Below, piece after piece: positions 11,684 to 23,800 of a DNA stretch of 64,000 bases. The DNA is taken from NCBI GenBank assembly GCA_965235115.1, contig OZ249440.1, positions 16,864,001 to 16,928,000 of the forward strand, in the 5' to 3' direction. A program made the position numbers and the translations under genes. Positions within the stretch are counted from its first letter, which is position 1; each line of letters begins with the position of its first letter. A model generated the notes under the pieces. The model saw only the letters and a program-made list of their open reading frames with translations, ran no database searches and was not told the DNA's origin. The stretch comes from Laetmonice hystrix (taxonomy: Eukaryota).

Positions 11684-11911
11684 CTAGCACCAGCGGAAGG
11701 GCACGGTGCGGGGGCGGTCGGCTCCCTCCTTCACGAGCGGTTTGTGGAACTCACGCCCTGGGCGCGAGTGGATCTGCGCCCAGCAATGCTCGCAGTAATA
11801 CTGCAGGCACGTCACATTCGCGCAGAAGAAGGGTGCAAACTTGCCACCGCACCGCGCGCCCTGGCACTCGTCGCACATCTGGTCGTCCAGCACGTACGGC
11901 TTCACCTCGAC
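11684..11911 (-). CDS. orb2: CPEB2/3/4 terminal coding exon: ZZ/B-box zinc domain and TAG stop (VEVKPYVLDDQMCDECQGARC...PFRWC*)
   Basis: Acceptor GTGTGTTTACAG, 228 nt = 76 codons ending TAG at 11686-11684. Six Cys and two His of the CPEB ZZ domain are present. The RWC end resembles Orb2. Confidence 0.97.
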   Translation of the reverse strand, partial: VEVKPYVLDDQMCDECQGARCGGKFAPFFCANVTCLQYYCEHCWAQIHSRPGREFHKPLVKEGADRPRTVPFRWC

Positions 11912-12149
11912 CTGTAAACACACGTCACAAAGCACGTCACAACTACGTCACGGACGCTACGCAGACGGCAGCACCGTTACGTCATCGTTCACTTCAAGGG
12001 TGATACGATTGGTGGGCAGACGCTAATCAACAAGTCGTAGACTGCATGTAAATGAATAACACTTAAACAACAACGAAATATCACGTCCGTACAAATAAAC
12101 ACAGAAATGAAATGTTTGGAATTTTATTTAAAAAAAGAAGATGTTTTAA

Positions 12150-14480
12150 AACAAAAGTAGTTCACAAATGTGATGACCGGAGCATGAAATCATACCCCTC
12201 TTCCACCCCACTGGTGTCTTATCAACCCCTAACATTGAATACGGCATTGGATGGCGTTGCTGGGTCCACTATGTCAGGCTCTATTCAAGTCGATCTGCCC
12301 GGAACCGAGAGGCCTGACAGTTGTCAGTCCCCAGTCCCGTTCATGGAGATTGAGGAGATCATGCCAGGCTGTGATGGAGCCAATCTGTACGGCAGACTCT
12401 ATCTCCACCCACCAGGCCATCTCCCATCATTTTCCACTGTCAGATCCTCCACAAGGTCTAGCCGCCTACTGACGACCTGGTCAACAGAATCAACAACGGG
12501 TTCGGTTCCGTACAGGAAAGAAACGCTGAAGGCTTGGGATATGATTTTGCTGATATGTTGGTTTGCGGCCTTAAAGGAGTCCTGTACAGACTTGACACTT
12601 GTCCCAAAACTTCTGGACAAGCCATTACAGAGACGCCTCTGACTTTCCCTAACGAAATGAGCGTAAGCTGGCTCAGAGATGGGCATACATCCATTTTGTT
12701 TCGACACCTTTTTTTCGGAGCGCCTACATACATAAAGTAGGCCTACTCTGAACACCCACCAGGTGAATCCGATGCATGAAGTAGGCCTACTCTATACAGA
12801 TGCCCTTTAATTGCCAGTAAAGATGTTTGAGTCGGTGGGGAAGACAGAAAAACTCATTCGGGCTCAGTGAACGTACCCTACGAGTCAATTCACAATCACT
12901 TCAGACGTTCCCTCCCAGACATTGACTTACCACTCATCAGAGTGAGTAGGCTGTTTTATGTGTATCGATGCCAGTTTTGGAGAAGGAAAAAAGTCTCTCT
13001 TCATTTGAGCAAGTCTTCAACTGCCCGTCGGTGTCCTTTGAGAGCGGGTCTGGCCGGAGCCATCATTCTCGACCACGCAGTGTACTGTAGTAGATGCCTC
13101 ACGTTGGCTCGTTAACGTAATGAGTTGATCACTTTGATGATGAAAGCAGATCCCTCGCCGCCAGTGTCAGGCCGCCACTGTGAGACCCATACTGTACCCA
13201 ATCGCACCCCTCCCTCCCTTCCATCGTTACGTCTCACCTGCGGTCCGTTACCTTACCTGACGCCCCCATAGACGTCCTCTCGGCTCGTAAACCACACATG
13301 AAATATCACCTCAAACAACTTATTGGCCATCTTCGCTCTCCCATTCAATAACGGACGCGCCACTTTCAATTAGAAGGGAGCTTGCCGTTCTGTCGAAGAT
13401 ATTACCAATCTTCAGTCACGCAATCAAGAGAAGGCGTTTTCTTTTTTCATACAGAAGTTTCAATTTCTGAAGAAAAACTTCAACTCTAAAATCACTTTGT
13501 AGCTTTCAAAAGTTTTCTTTCTTTTTCAGAGGACCTCACGATACATAGCACTTGTTCGACATTTTATATTTAAGCAAGCATCTTGTGTAGTATCCATTTC
13601 ACGCGTGAAGTTATATTTGGTAGGATATTGATATCTTTGCCAAATTTGCGATCACATCTTTCCGGCGAGGTTTTCTCTTGACCAAATCATGCAGAGAAAC
13701 TCTCCTCGGCCAGGAAAGACGTCTTTTTGTCCGCGACAACCTTCCACGGTCTCACCGACATCTTTTAATTTGGTGAGTTAGCAACTGGACTCAGCGCAGA
13801 TCACGTTCGGGCCGTCATCAGTAGGACATGTAATATCTGAAGGTCGAAGACCCAGGACCCACACGGGAATAGGTTCCATTCACTCCCGACAATAGCCACC
13901 CATCACTGTCCGACCCTAACCTGCCACGGCCGCTTGACAGGCACTAACCACTGTTAGCTCCGGACCCCTGGATGACAAGTCTTTCTCCAGCACAACTGGC
14001 GCCGGACAGAAGGCGATTCCTCCAGGTCAAAGGTCGTCAAGGACAAGGGAATCCCTTGATGGCCTCCATAGTCTGAGCGACGTTGAGAATGTCGGTCCGT
14101 TATCACCTTTACATTCAGAGAACATCGCCTGCCTCCCGAGGACATGATTCTAGGCGCCGTGACTTTCTAGGGGTCAACTTCCCAGGGTTCAGGAAGCCGC
14201 AGATAACCCAGCAGTTATACCTGATCATCTCCACGTATAGCAAAATGTCTCCTAGCTCGGCCCCTTTAACCTTTATACCCTGGTGCCTGTATACAGGAAG
14301 ATATCATCAGGTACGCTGTGTTCAGTCATTATTGATGCACTGGCGCTTACCTCTCGGAATTTATGTTTTTCTTTGGGACGGGCACCTAATCACGAGCATT
14401 GGAGTACTCTGCCATTGTGCTGACGTTGGAATTGTTCTGCACAATTATAAGGCCAAACCATGGCGAAATATCACCCCAAA
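12150..14480 (-). mobile_element. Decayed RTE-clade LINE (RT and 3' region) in the last intron
   Basis: Degenerate motifs in the expected order on the minus strand, with stops and frameshifts: NCWVICGFLNPGKL (~NYRGISLLSVPGK, ~14200), TTFDLEESPSVRRQLCW (~FVDLxKAFDSVDRxxLW, ~14020), EPIPVWVLGLRP (~EPFPVxSGVRQG, ~13860), SFLYGTEP (~LLYGSETW, ~12510). Confidence 0.55.
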
Positions 14481-15257
14481 TATTTCGTATTTTAGACGTA
14501 TAACATTTTAAGTACTATGAAGCAGTCAATACCATTGCTGGAAACTCAATTACAAGTTCCCAATTGATCCCCGAAAGTCTATTCCTGAGCAGGCTCCAAC
14601 ACCTTCCGAGAATTAGCCAGGGATAATGGTAATGAGGCCTGGATAATCTGTCTTATATAAGAGTTTTAGACACATTGTTCTTGCGGCTGTAAAGCTGCCG
14701 CCGTGATGTGAATACGATCAGGGTAATTTGGTGCCGGTAATCCCCCGGCAGGTATAGCGAGAGTCCTGATATATGTATATCGTTAAGACGGTTATTACCG
14801 TACGGGATGAACCAGCCGTGAGACGGGACACCTTGTTACACGATGTCTCCGCTAGTCTCTCCACATTATAAACAGCTCATGACCACCTCAGACAAAACAG
14901 CTAAACATAGATCCAATTAATTCACAGCCCACCCTTTTATATTGCGGTATCACTTTGCATTATCATTTCGCTTTTATAAAAGCCGCCATGACGTAGACTA
15001 CATAATAGCTGTTGGATGACTGCCTCCGCTCGTTAAAGTTTGCCCAGTCCATCACCAGATGCTGCTACATGTTATCATTTCATGATACGAATCACGCGAA
15101 TTAATATGACGTCGCGGTTATCAACGAGCCACCTTGATACGAATATGTCATCCTGCTGCTAATATCATGAGGGTATCAGGACTAGATGTCTTGAAACTTT
15201 CCTGTAGGCTGCACCTACATACACTTGTATGGTTTCTTGCTGCTGCTGCTGCTGCTG

Positions 15258-15271
15258 CTGCCCTCTACCGG
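15258..15271 (-). promoter_or_regulatory. CTCF-like motif in the last intron
   Basis: Reverse complement CCGGTAGAGGGCAG (13/14), next to a (CTG)n run. Confidence 0.4.
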
Positions 15272-16257
15272 CGACAACTACCACGCACGGCATGCAAGCA
15301 GGCAGGCCAGTGACTGAAGTTGATCAGGTTGAGCCAAACCCATTAATTGAATCTGCCAGGCAAGCATGACCAGATAATGGGCCGAGTTTTTCAGGGAAAC
15401 ACGAGAAGGAGACAGTGGGCCGAGAACAGAGCAATATCTGAATGGCAACTATTTGATGATACATCACGGCTGAAATGAGCAGCGGGCGGCCGATAAAATA
15501 ACTGTCAGCAGCCAGTGGAACGCACTGACGGCGGGGCTCCCATTATTTAGGGCCTGCTTTTTGTCCTCTACAGCCATTGTTTCCTGGAAATTTAATTTAA
15601 ACAAGAAGCGGATAGAGGCATCCTTTCACTTCCCTGCTGGTACACACTGTTTCTAGGCCGTCTCTCCTCGGAATGCCAAGCTGCATTTTTCAAGTCCCTG
15701 GCCTTTTTCAACTCAAGAAATGTCAATTACCACCAATAAACGTTTTTAATCATGTAGGTCGCACGCTAATAATCCTTCAGTCTGACGTGGTGAGATCTGT
15801 ATGACTGAGACTGACCTAGTTCTTTGAGAAACCGCTAGATACGGACATATCATATAGAAATAAAATGAAGTGTTAGACAAGTGAATTTAATTAAAGGAGA
15901 AATGTGGACTGCGGTACGTAACATTACGTGAAAAAATGAAAAGAAAGAAAAACAAAGACCACAACAGCAATAACAACAACACTGCAGTAGGCTATTTCCT
16001 CAAGATGGGAACTAAATTCACATTATTATGGGATAATAATATACATTTCAACATTGTAATAATGGCACTACTAAATATCTGAAACAATATGAAGTAGGAA
16101 AAGCTTAATTACAATGTTACCGAACTACAGCTACTCAATGCTGGAAACGATATAAGTGGAATGATGAATAAACCAAATTACAAACTACCCGTTTGCCTAT
16201 GGTTATAGAAGGTGTAGTTTTGTTAAGTAAAGCCCGATTAGGTTGTATAATACGTAC

Positions 16258-16439
16258 ACGTTTGTCGATGTCGCCGTGTTGGAGCTGGACGAAGCGTGCG
16301 GAGATGGCAGCGATGTAGCTCTGTTGGTTGGAGAAGGCCACACGTCCGGCACCCTTGGGGTACTTGAGCTCTGGGTCGGTGTCGATACCGGCGTAACACA
16401 CGCCCCCATACAGCCGGTCCATGATCATGGCTAACTCCA
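16258..16439 (-). CDS. orb2: CPEB2/3/4 exon E: RRM2 (VELAMIMDRLYGGVCYAGIDTDPELKYPKGAGRVAFSNQQSYIAAISARFVQLQHGDIDKR)
   Basis: Acceptor TGTGTGTTTCCAG, 182 nt, donor CGT|GTACGT; near-invariant Orb2/CPEB2-4 RRM2. Confidence 0.97.
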
Positions 16440-16929
16440 CTGGAAACACACAAACCCTACCAGTCAGACATTCATACTACACTGGTACAGAAGGCGGCTC
16501 TAGATTTTTTTCAAGTGCAATGTGTGTGTGTGTGGAGGAGAGGACGTCAAATCATATCGCAAAGAAAAGAAATCACTATGTTCTATCCCCTAAATTTTGT
16601 ATCAATTAATACAAAATACTGAACAAATTGCTGGCCTATGTGTTCAAGACTAGGGATCAAAGACTTGGGCCAGGGTTTGCTCTATATACTCAACCAACTC
16701 TCCCCGTGTTAATAACCAACAATATTGATTGGATATAACAAATAATTATTCTATAGAGAGTAGACGTTGATGGCGCAGTCAGGGATGTGAATTCAGGGAG
16801 CTTCAAGAAATCCATAATAGAGATACAGGACAGGAACACGTGTCGGAATTAATGGGGAAAACGACAGGCTCGGTGTTATCGTAAGAGCCAGGAAAGCTCG
16901 TTACAATCAGATTCCCTTCAAAAGAATGT

Positions 16930-17150
16930 GCTTTTGATGACCATCAGCTGCAGGCAATTTATTCCACAATCAGGTTAGGGTGTTAGAAAAGGTAATTAGT
17001 GAACAAAAATATATCACTTCTGTAAGTGTAGCAGGTTATAGAAAACAAAGGCAAAGACGCCTTCAATGCCTAGGTCTGTTGCATGAAATACATTTGCATG
17101 CGAATCACAGAACGTTAAAAAATATCCACAGCAAGAGCCGTCAAGCAATA
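16930..17150 (+). mobile_element. Possible CR1/L2-type RT fragment
   Basis: VLEKVISEQ...GYRKQ...LLHEIH loosely resembles the LEKxV..Q..GFR...LxHxI region of LINE RTs. Confidence 0.3.
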
Positions 17151-18399
17151 AGTGCATCATCTCCATCAATGACTGTGACGTTCCCACGAAATACATATTA
17201 TAACAGTATTATAACAGTAAGATTAATTAAAATCTTAATTCCATCGCTTTTACCGTGTGAATGTCTTAATGAAGTCTTGCCTGTCACGTAAACGAACGAG
17301 TTTTTTTTTTAAAGACTGTGATGAGAGAAATAGTTGATATGATCATGAGATGAACGTGTTATGTTCATGGGTAATGTGTGCGCTTCTCTACCCATCTTTA
17401 TGGAACAAGTACCTGGTGGTGTGAATAACGGAGTCGGCACCAAATACCGGGTTATTGGGGTAATACGAGTCCCTCGATGGTTGCATTGTGGTGTGATGTT
17501 TTTTATGTTTGTGATATGAGTAGGACGGGGTTGTGGTTGTGGGATAAGCCTGGCTGATTATGTTAATCCTGTGGTACCCCCCCCCCCCCCCCCACACACA
17601 CGTACACTTACCCGCCCCTGAGTGAAGTGTGTCAGTGATCACAGAGGGCGACACCTGTCACAACATCCGGGCATCAGCGTTAACTCCAAACTGGCCGTCA
17701 ACGGCCTTGCTTTGAACCGTGGCCTAACAGGTCAGACATACTACAATTTTCAATTCAATTCAATTCAAAACCGGCACGGCGACAATGCCAATTAATGGCA
17801 AACCAACGCAGGGTACCACCCTGATCGCTTGCCACCTAGCGACTATACTAGGAACCTTGCACCATCCCGTATGTTAGTGCAGGCACCTGTTCGACCTATC
17901 CATCGCCGTTCGCCACCATTCGACCCCTCGGTAGCGACCCCTGGCCGGGAGGAGAGGCAGCCAATCCACCCACCCACTCACCTCCTACACACACCCAAGT
18001 CCCCCAGAAACCCGTTCAATAGTACCATTAAGTATCATTAAGACCAAGTAACCACTGTGTTCGCCCTAAATAGGCCGATTTGTTCCCACTACCAAGCCGT
18101 GGAGGACTGGGGTTGTCGTCAAGTCCTGTTTGCTGGTTAGTTACACAGCTCAGAGGTCCCAAAAGATACAAGGTAGGGGGCCGGGAGGATGTTGGTTTGG
18201 GGGGGGGGGCACAAGATAGGCCTCACAAATATACCCAACTAACTGCGCCCTCTTGCTTGTAGATTACCGCAAGGCAGGGCCTTGTATTAATGTAGTCTGA
18301 TCACTCTGTTTGCCCGATTAAACTGGTATGGGCTTTGTAAAGAGAGGACGTCTCGCTGGCGGTAAGTCGCATTGCGATAACCTCCGTCTTGTTGTTGCT

Positions 18400-18560
18400 A
18401 GGCCGTTAACTGTTGGATTTTTTAATAAAAAGTTCTTTCGGTGTCCTCTACCCGATCCGAGTCGAAGCCTCTGGGCTTCATATCGTCTGTGTCGCTCAGG
18501 AAACCTGGCAGGTCTCATCCCAAGTTGTTTTTACCGGGTGTCAAGAATCCATCACCCGTA
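18400..18560 (+). mobile_element. Possible LINE APE-endonuclease fragment
   Basis: LHIVCVAQETW resembles the DIxCxxETW motif. Confidence 0.3.
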
Positions 18561-21500
18561 GCAGGACGATGACAGGGCAGCCTAGAGCCAGGCCCCGGTC
18601 AGCCCTCCCCCCCCCTCCTCCCCCCCGAGACATCCCTCACCCACATTGCTGTATTCATGCTTGTCCTGAGGATGACAACTCCTGTTTGACAAACACAATA
18701 CAGCGTCGCGCCCAGCCTCCCAATCCCAAGCTCCTATAATGTTGACCTTTCGGCAAGGGCCCCAGCCGGGCAGTGGCCAGTATGCCTGAGCGCCGGTCAG
18801 TTTTCATCCATGACAGGCCGAGTGACCACTGTAAAACGCTCCCCCGGACACAGGGGAGCGGGGCTTACCTTAGAGAGACCAAAGAGAGCAACTATCTGAG
18901 ACATGCATGGCAGCCAAGCCCCATCTCAGTCACACAGTGAATGCCAATAATCTGACAATATAATGGCGGGATATGAGCCCGCCGGCAGGAGGCGAGGTGG
19001 GGGGGGGGGCAGTCTTCTCACCAAATCTACAGCATACCCAGACAATATCTCCTCCTCGCTGATATACATCCGCTAATTAACTTCTGGTTATGAGATCAAT
19101 AATAACACAATGCAAAATCACGTAGGCATCTAGAAATTGATTGAAATATAAAAAAAATCAAGAATTCAAGTCTTCTATAGACGCTTGAGTGTCGGTAGAT
19201 TCCCACTGAATATCATCAACTTCAAAGTGTTAACGTCTTCAAACAGAATCTCAATTCTCCAATATGCGCATCCCTCACTCAGTGCCTCCTTAGATAACAG
19301 AGGGGATGGTAATGGGTTTCCTAATCAATGCTATTACACTACAATTATTGTACTTTCAAAAGGTGTTCTATAACATCAAGCCAATTCACAGCCGTTTATA
19401 ACACAACCGCATGCTGTGTCTGACAAGACAATGGCAATCAATAATGACTGCAAAGTCTTCCCGACTTTGGGCACAGGCAAATCTAAATATCCGTCCTCTT
19501 TCACAAACCTCTATCCTCATTTACCAGGGGGGAAAACAAATGTCAATATGGATGAAGAATTTAAAATGAGCAGGTCCTGAATTCAAATGTGGGCTGGTAG
19601 TAGAATAATAAGGCACGATCCCGCAAAGGGGATGGCTGGAATTGGGAGATATTTGAAATGCAAAGTGTGTCTTTACCAGCAATCCAGGAATTATGGTAAT
19701 GAAATTGTACTGGTCTGAGACAATTTCCCATTTTATAAAGGAATGCACAAATCCAAGCGACTTCAGTGGTTCGGTTTCACAATAAAATCTCCACTGCCGG
19801 TATTTGATTTTCAAGGGAAAAAAGCGAATCCCTGACGGTGGCCATGAGGCTTGTGTTCAAATAACCCGGCAGTCGAGCCTGAAACCAACTTGATCCGCTT
19901 CTTAACGTTAGCCCAACACCCCTTAATGCTTCACTGAGGGGGGTTGGGGGCTCTCAGCCTCACCAATATCAATCTGCACCATTCTCAGTGCAAACAGGGG
20001 CGTCACTCTACCAGTCTCCACCGGTGTGTGTACCCAGCGAACAAACACAGTTCGGACGGAACCAAACGACAACATCGTGTTTCCTTACTTCATATTATCA
20101 CCACAACTATGGCCTTCAAAATAAACGGTCAAAGAGGAAGATCGGTTCTTACAAAGTACAGTTGGACCCCGCTAATTCGGGCCACTTTCCAGCAAGCTCT
20201 CCTTACACTCCTTATTTAAAGTGATTCAGTAATCCACATGTTTCACAATCTGAACATATAACGTGGACAACATGCACGTTGATCCCGAGGTCTAACCGCA
20301 AAACCGCCATGAACGCTTGAACTACCTTTACCGATACCGATAAACCACCCACAATGATATAATTAAATTTCTGCCTTTAAAACTTATGGGGATACTTTTA
20401 CTAAAACACTTTTACCGAGTTGGAACCCTTTCGCACGACATCATCAGCTCCCGGAGTGGTGAAGTGAAGTCTCCCACAGACATGCATGCACTCAGGCTCG
20501 AGAAGAACCCCGGCCATTCCTGGAAATCGCATGTCAACAAAGATCACTTCCTCCTAGCTGCATGAAAGTCGTCCACAAAATGGCCTTTTCCCGCAGGAAT
20601 TTCTTAAAACAGCCAACCATGTTCTCCTGATTTAACCCTAACCGTTTTGAGCACCTGTTGCGGTTGCTTTGTAGAATTTCAAACAGCCGCACTCATTTGT
20701 ACCGGCTCAGTATTGCCTTCCATTAATTGACTGCATCTCATGCAATCTGTTTATATAAACACGTCCTTTTAATAAAGAGACTCCTATTGAAGTCAGCTTT
20801 AACTGGTGACTTTACTCACACCATGTCTGGCCTTGAGCAGATAAAAGCAGGAAACCAGAAACAATCAGAACTCTGGCCGCAATACTGGGTGTAACACAAC
20901 ACATTTGTGATATTATGTGTATGGGACATATAGCCATTTTCGAGACAATATCAGCAACAACAAGTTCATAAAGCGTCCATTTGTGGTAAGAGGGATTATG
21001 ATCGGGTTATGAGAAAACGTTCAGTTGGGTGCATGGCCAGATTGAAGTGCCAGGGTCACCCAGGTCGGCACAATAGACTGTCTGGCTCACGAGGACAGCT
21101 GAAGGTTGAGGATACTACATGTAGTATCTACTGCTCCCTATCCATTGCAAACGATATCAGTCCCCCCAATCCAGGCAGCGGGATTAAACGAGTGCTGGTG
21201 ATCTATAACCATTGTCTGGCGCTGATAATCTTTTAATCTGGCTTAAATCTTAACGTGAAAGTAGCTCCTTAGCCGATCGATCAGCACCAGGCCGACGTGT
21301 GCCGAAATCAACTCTGGCTCGGCAGGGGGACGTCTGCAATGTGAGCCCTCTTCTGATCGCAAACAGTCCCCCCTCCAAACAGATCGCTGGTCAGGGGAGC
21401 AGACAACGGCCCCCGTTCTACGCCTGACGCACGTCAGCGGACACGTGCATCCTTTATCTGGTATTCCTACGTTATAGCATGGAAGGGTGTCCGTTGGATA

Positions 21501-22599
21501 ACCTTAAAAATCCCACCGGCCCTAAAAATTTGGTGAAACCCTCCCTGAAGCTGACAGGGGGCAGAATTAACTCGGTAAGATACCGTTTCTCACCCCCCCC
21601 CGTGTTTTCGCCATGTTTCACTGGTGGAGGAGATATTGATGTGACCATCCTGTTTATTGGAGTCGTCGCATCAACTTTCCCAGATCCACGGCCCGTCAGC
21701 TCACCAATCTTTCTTTCTCGTACCAACCTCTTTTTAATCGTGTTACATTATTAGCGTTTTATTCAGTTTTAACGAAATCCTTGCATTTCACATTAACAAT
21801 CTCAGGATCTGCTCTCACTTTATTTTCTTCCGTGCTGAGCTTGCATTTCGATCATTTTGAGCTTGCATTTCAAAACAAAATGCAATCATTCTCCTGTGCT
21901 GTAGAGAAAAGAAGAGAGGAGGAGAGAAGGGAGGGGAGACGGGAGGAGTATTTTTGAAGGCTGACTAAGCATTGGTTAAAGCCGTCATACTAAGAGAAAT
22001 GACTGCATGGCGATGGGCCCGCACGTCACCCAGAGGGACCAACTTACCGACTCGATCAATCGGCTGGTCGGAAACCTTGTAATCTGATGGCCACCTATCG
22101 TACCCTGCTGACCCACCACGTCGTTAATGAACTGTGGTCACTGCGGCCCGCCGTTTTAATGGAACTCAAACGGCAAGTGCTTTTCATCACATACTGGCAT
22201 CGATCGGACCCCGTCTAGATTGCCACCTAAATGGCCTCACGTCGGCATGGTGTTTCGTAACGGCAGTGCTTTCCAATAGTTTACCCTTTCCTATGAGCTG
22301 GTGTTATCCTGATATTTTCTTCTATCATATGCAGGATTTATTCCAGACTTCTTTATGTTCTATGATGTAAATTTCGCAGGAACTGATAGCTAAGTGTAAT
22401 TATTCTGAAATTTGAAGTCCACTTTATGGTTTCGGATAGGAGAATGCGCAGCGATCCGTAAGAGTCAAGGTGGCATACTGTTCCCGAGTACCGGTACCAC
22501 CCAGTTCTCCCCAGTTACCGGTTACCTCCACCGGAGCCAGCGAGGGAACGCAACGCACTCCATCATGGATGGTTGAATGGTCAGGCTGGACAAATGGGG

Positions 22600-23800
22600 G
22601 GAGAACTGACTACAGTCGTTCTATGATGTCGTGGTCTTGAGTCTGGGATGAGGACTACAGTCGCATTCTCTGAAAGGGGGCTAGTCTGTGAGTCTGGGGC
22701 TGAGTGGGGCTGGCATGACTATGGTCACACTCTCTGAAATGGGACTGGTCTGGGAGTCTTGGATGATGACAAGTCAGACTCTCTGAGGGCGGCCTGGGGA
22801 TACAGTCGTGTAATGACTACTGTCACTCTTTGAGAGCGGCATGGGTGGGGTCTGGGATAACTATGGGCACACTCTCTGAGATGGGTCTTGTCTGGTAAAG
22901 GCAGACTCTCTGAGGGCGGCCTAGGGATACATTATTGAATGATGACTATAGTCAGACTCTTTGAGGGCGGCCTGGGGATACAGTCTTGGATGATGACTAC
23001 AGTCAGACTCTCTGAGGGCGGCCTGGGGATACAGTCTTGGATGATGACTACAGTCAGACTCTCTGGGGGCAGCCTGGGGATACAGTCTTGGATGACGACT
23101 ACAGTCAGACTCTCTGGGGGCGGCCTGGGGATACAGTCTTGGATGATGACTATAGTCAGACTCTTTGAGGGCGGCCTGGGGATACAGTCTTGGATGATGA
23201 CTACAGTCAGACTCTCTGGGGGCGGCCTGGGGATACAGTCTTGGATGATGACTACAGTCAGACTCTCTGGGGGCGGCCTGGGGATACAGTCTTGGATGAC
23301 GACTACAGTCAGACTCTTTGAGGGCGGCCTGGGGATACAGTCTTGGATGATGACTACAGTCAGACTCTCTGAGGGCGGCCTCGGGATACAGTCTTGGATG
23401 ATGACTACAGTCAGACTCTTTGAGGGCGGCCTGGGGATACAGTCTTGGATGACGACTACAGTCAGACTCTTTGAGGGCGGCCTAGGGATACAGTCTTGGA
23501 TGAGGACTACAGTCAGACTCTCTGAGGGCGGCCTGGGGATACAGTCTTGGATGAGGACTACAGTCAGACTCTATGAGGGCGGCCTGGGGATAGAGTCTTG
23601 GATGAGGACTACAGTCAGACTCTCTGAGGGCGGCCTGGGGATACAGTCTTGGATGAGGACTACAGTCAGACTCTTTGAGGGCGGCCTAAGGATACAGTCT
23701 TGGATAATGACAGTCACACTCTTTGAGAGCGCCTGAATGGAGCAGCATGGGAAGATGACTACAGTCACACTGTGGGGGTCTGAGACAGGGACCAGACGAG
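22600..23800. repeat. 51-bp minisatellite: ~15.5 conserved copies (22940-23735) with degenerate flanks
   Basis: Unit GACTACAGTCAGACTCTCTGAGGGCGGCCTGGGGATACAGTCTTGGATGAT; the 17-aa periodicity of ORF 22939..23736 reflects it. Confidence 0.97.

Noticed and set aside
11382-11690. 102-aa minus-strand ORF overlapping the stop in another frame
   Set aside because: GTG start, a TGA ~60 nt upstream in that frame, and no recognisable domain; likely a GC-rich proximal UTR.
11564-12003. Plus-strand ORFs of 117 and 138 aa (also 16243..16434)
   Set aside because: Antisense shadows of GC-rich CPEB exons.
13720-13860. Tyrosine-recombinase-like reading on the plus strand (FGEL...RSKT)
   Set aside because: The minus-strand RTE reading explains the wider region with several ordered motifs.
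20420-20460. CUGAUGA...GAAAG hammerhead-like string (minus strand)
   Set aside because: Stem II closes U-C; no compatible NUH or stem I/III.
21528-21600. Partial HDV-like pattern on the minus strand (GGGGGGU...GCCCCCUGUCAG...GUUUC)
   Set aside because: L3 is 5 nt, 11 extra nt separate P3 from P1, and there is no CGAA J4/2.
22939-23736. 265-aa ORF as a protein gene, or the array as CRISPR
   Set aside because: Pure tandem repeat with no unique spacers, in a eukaryotic intron.
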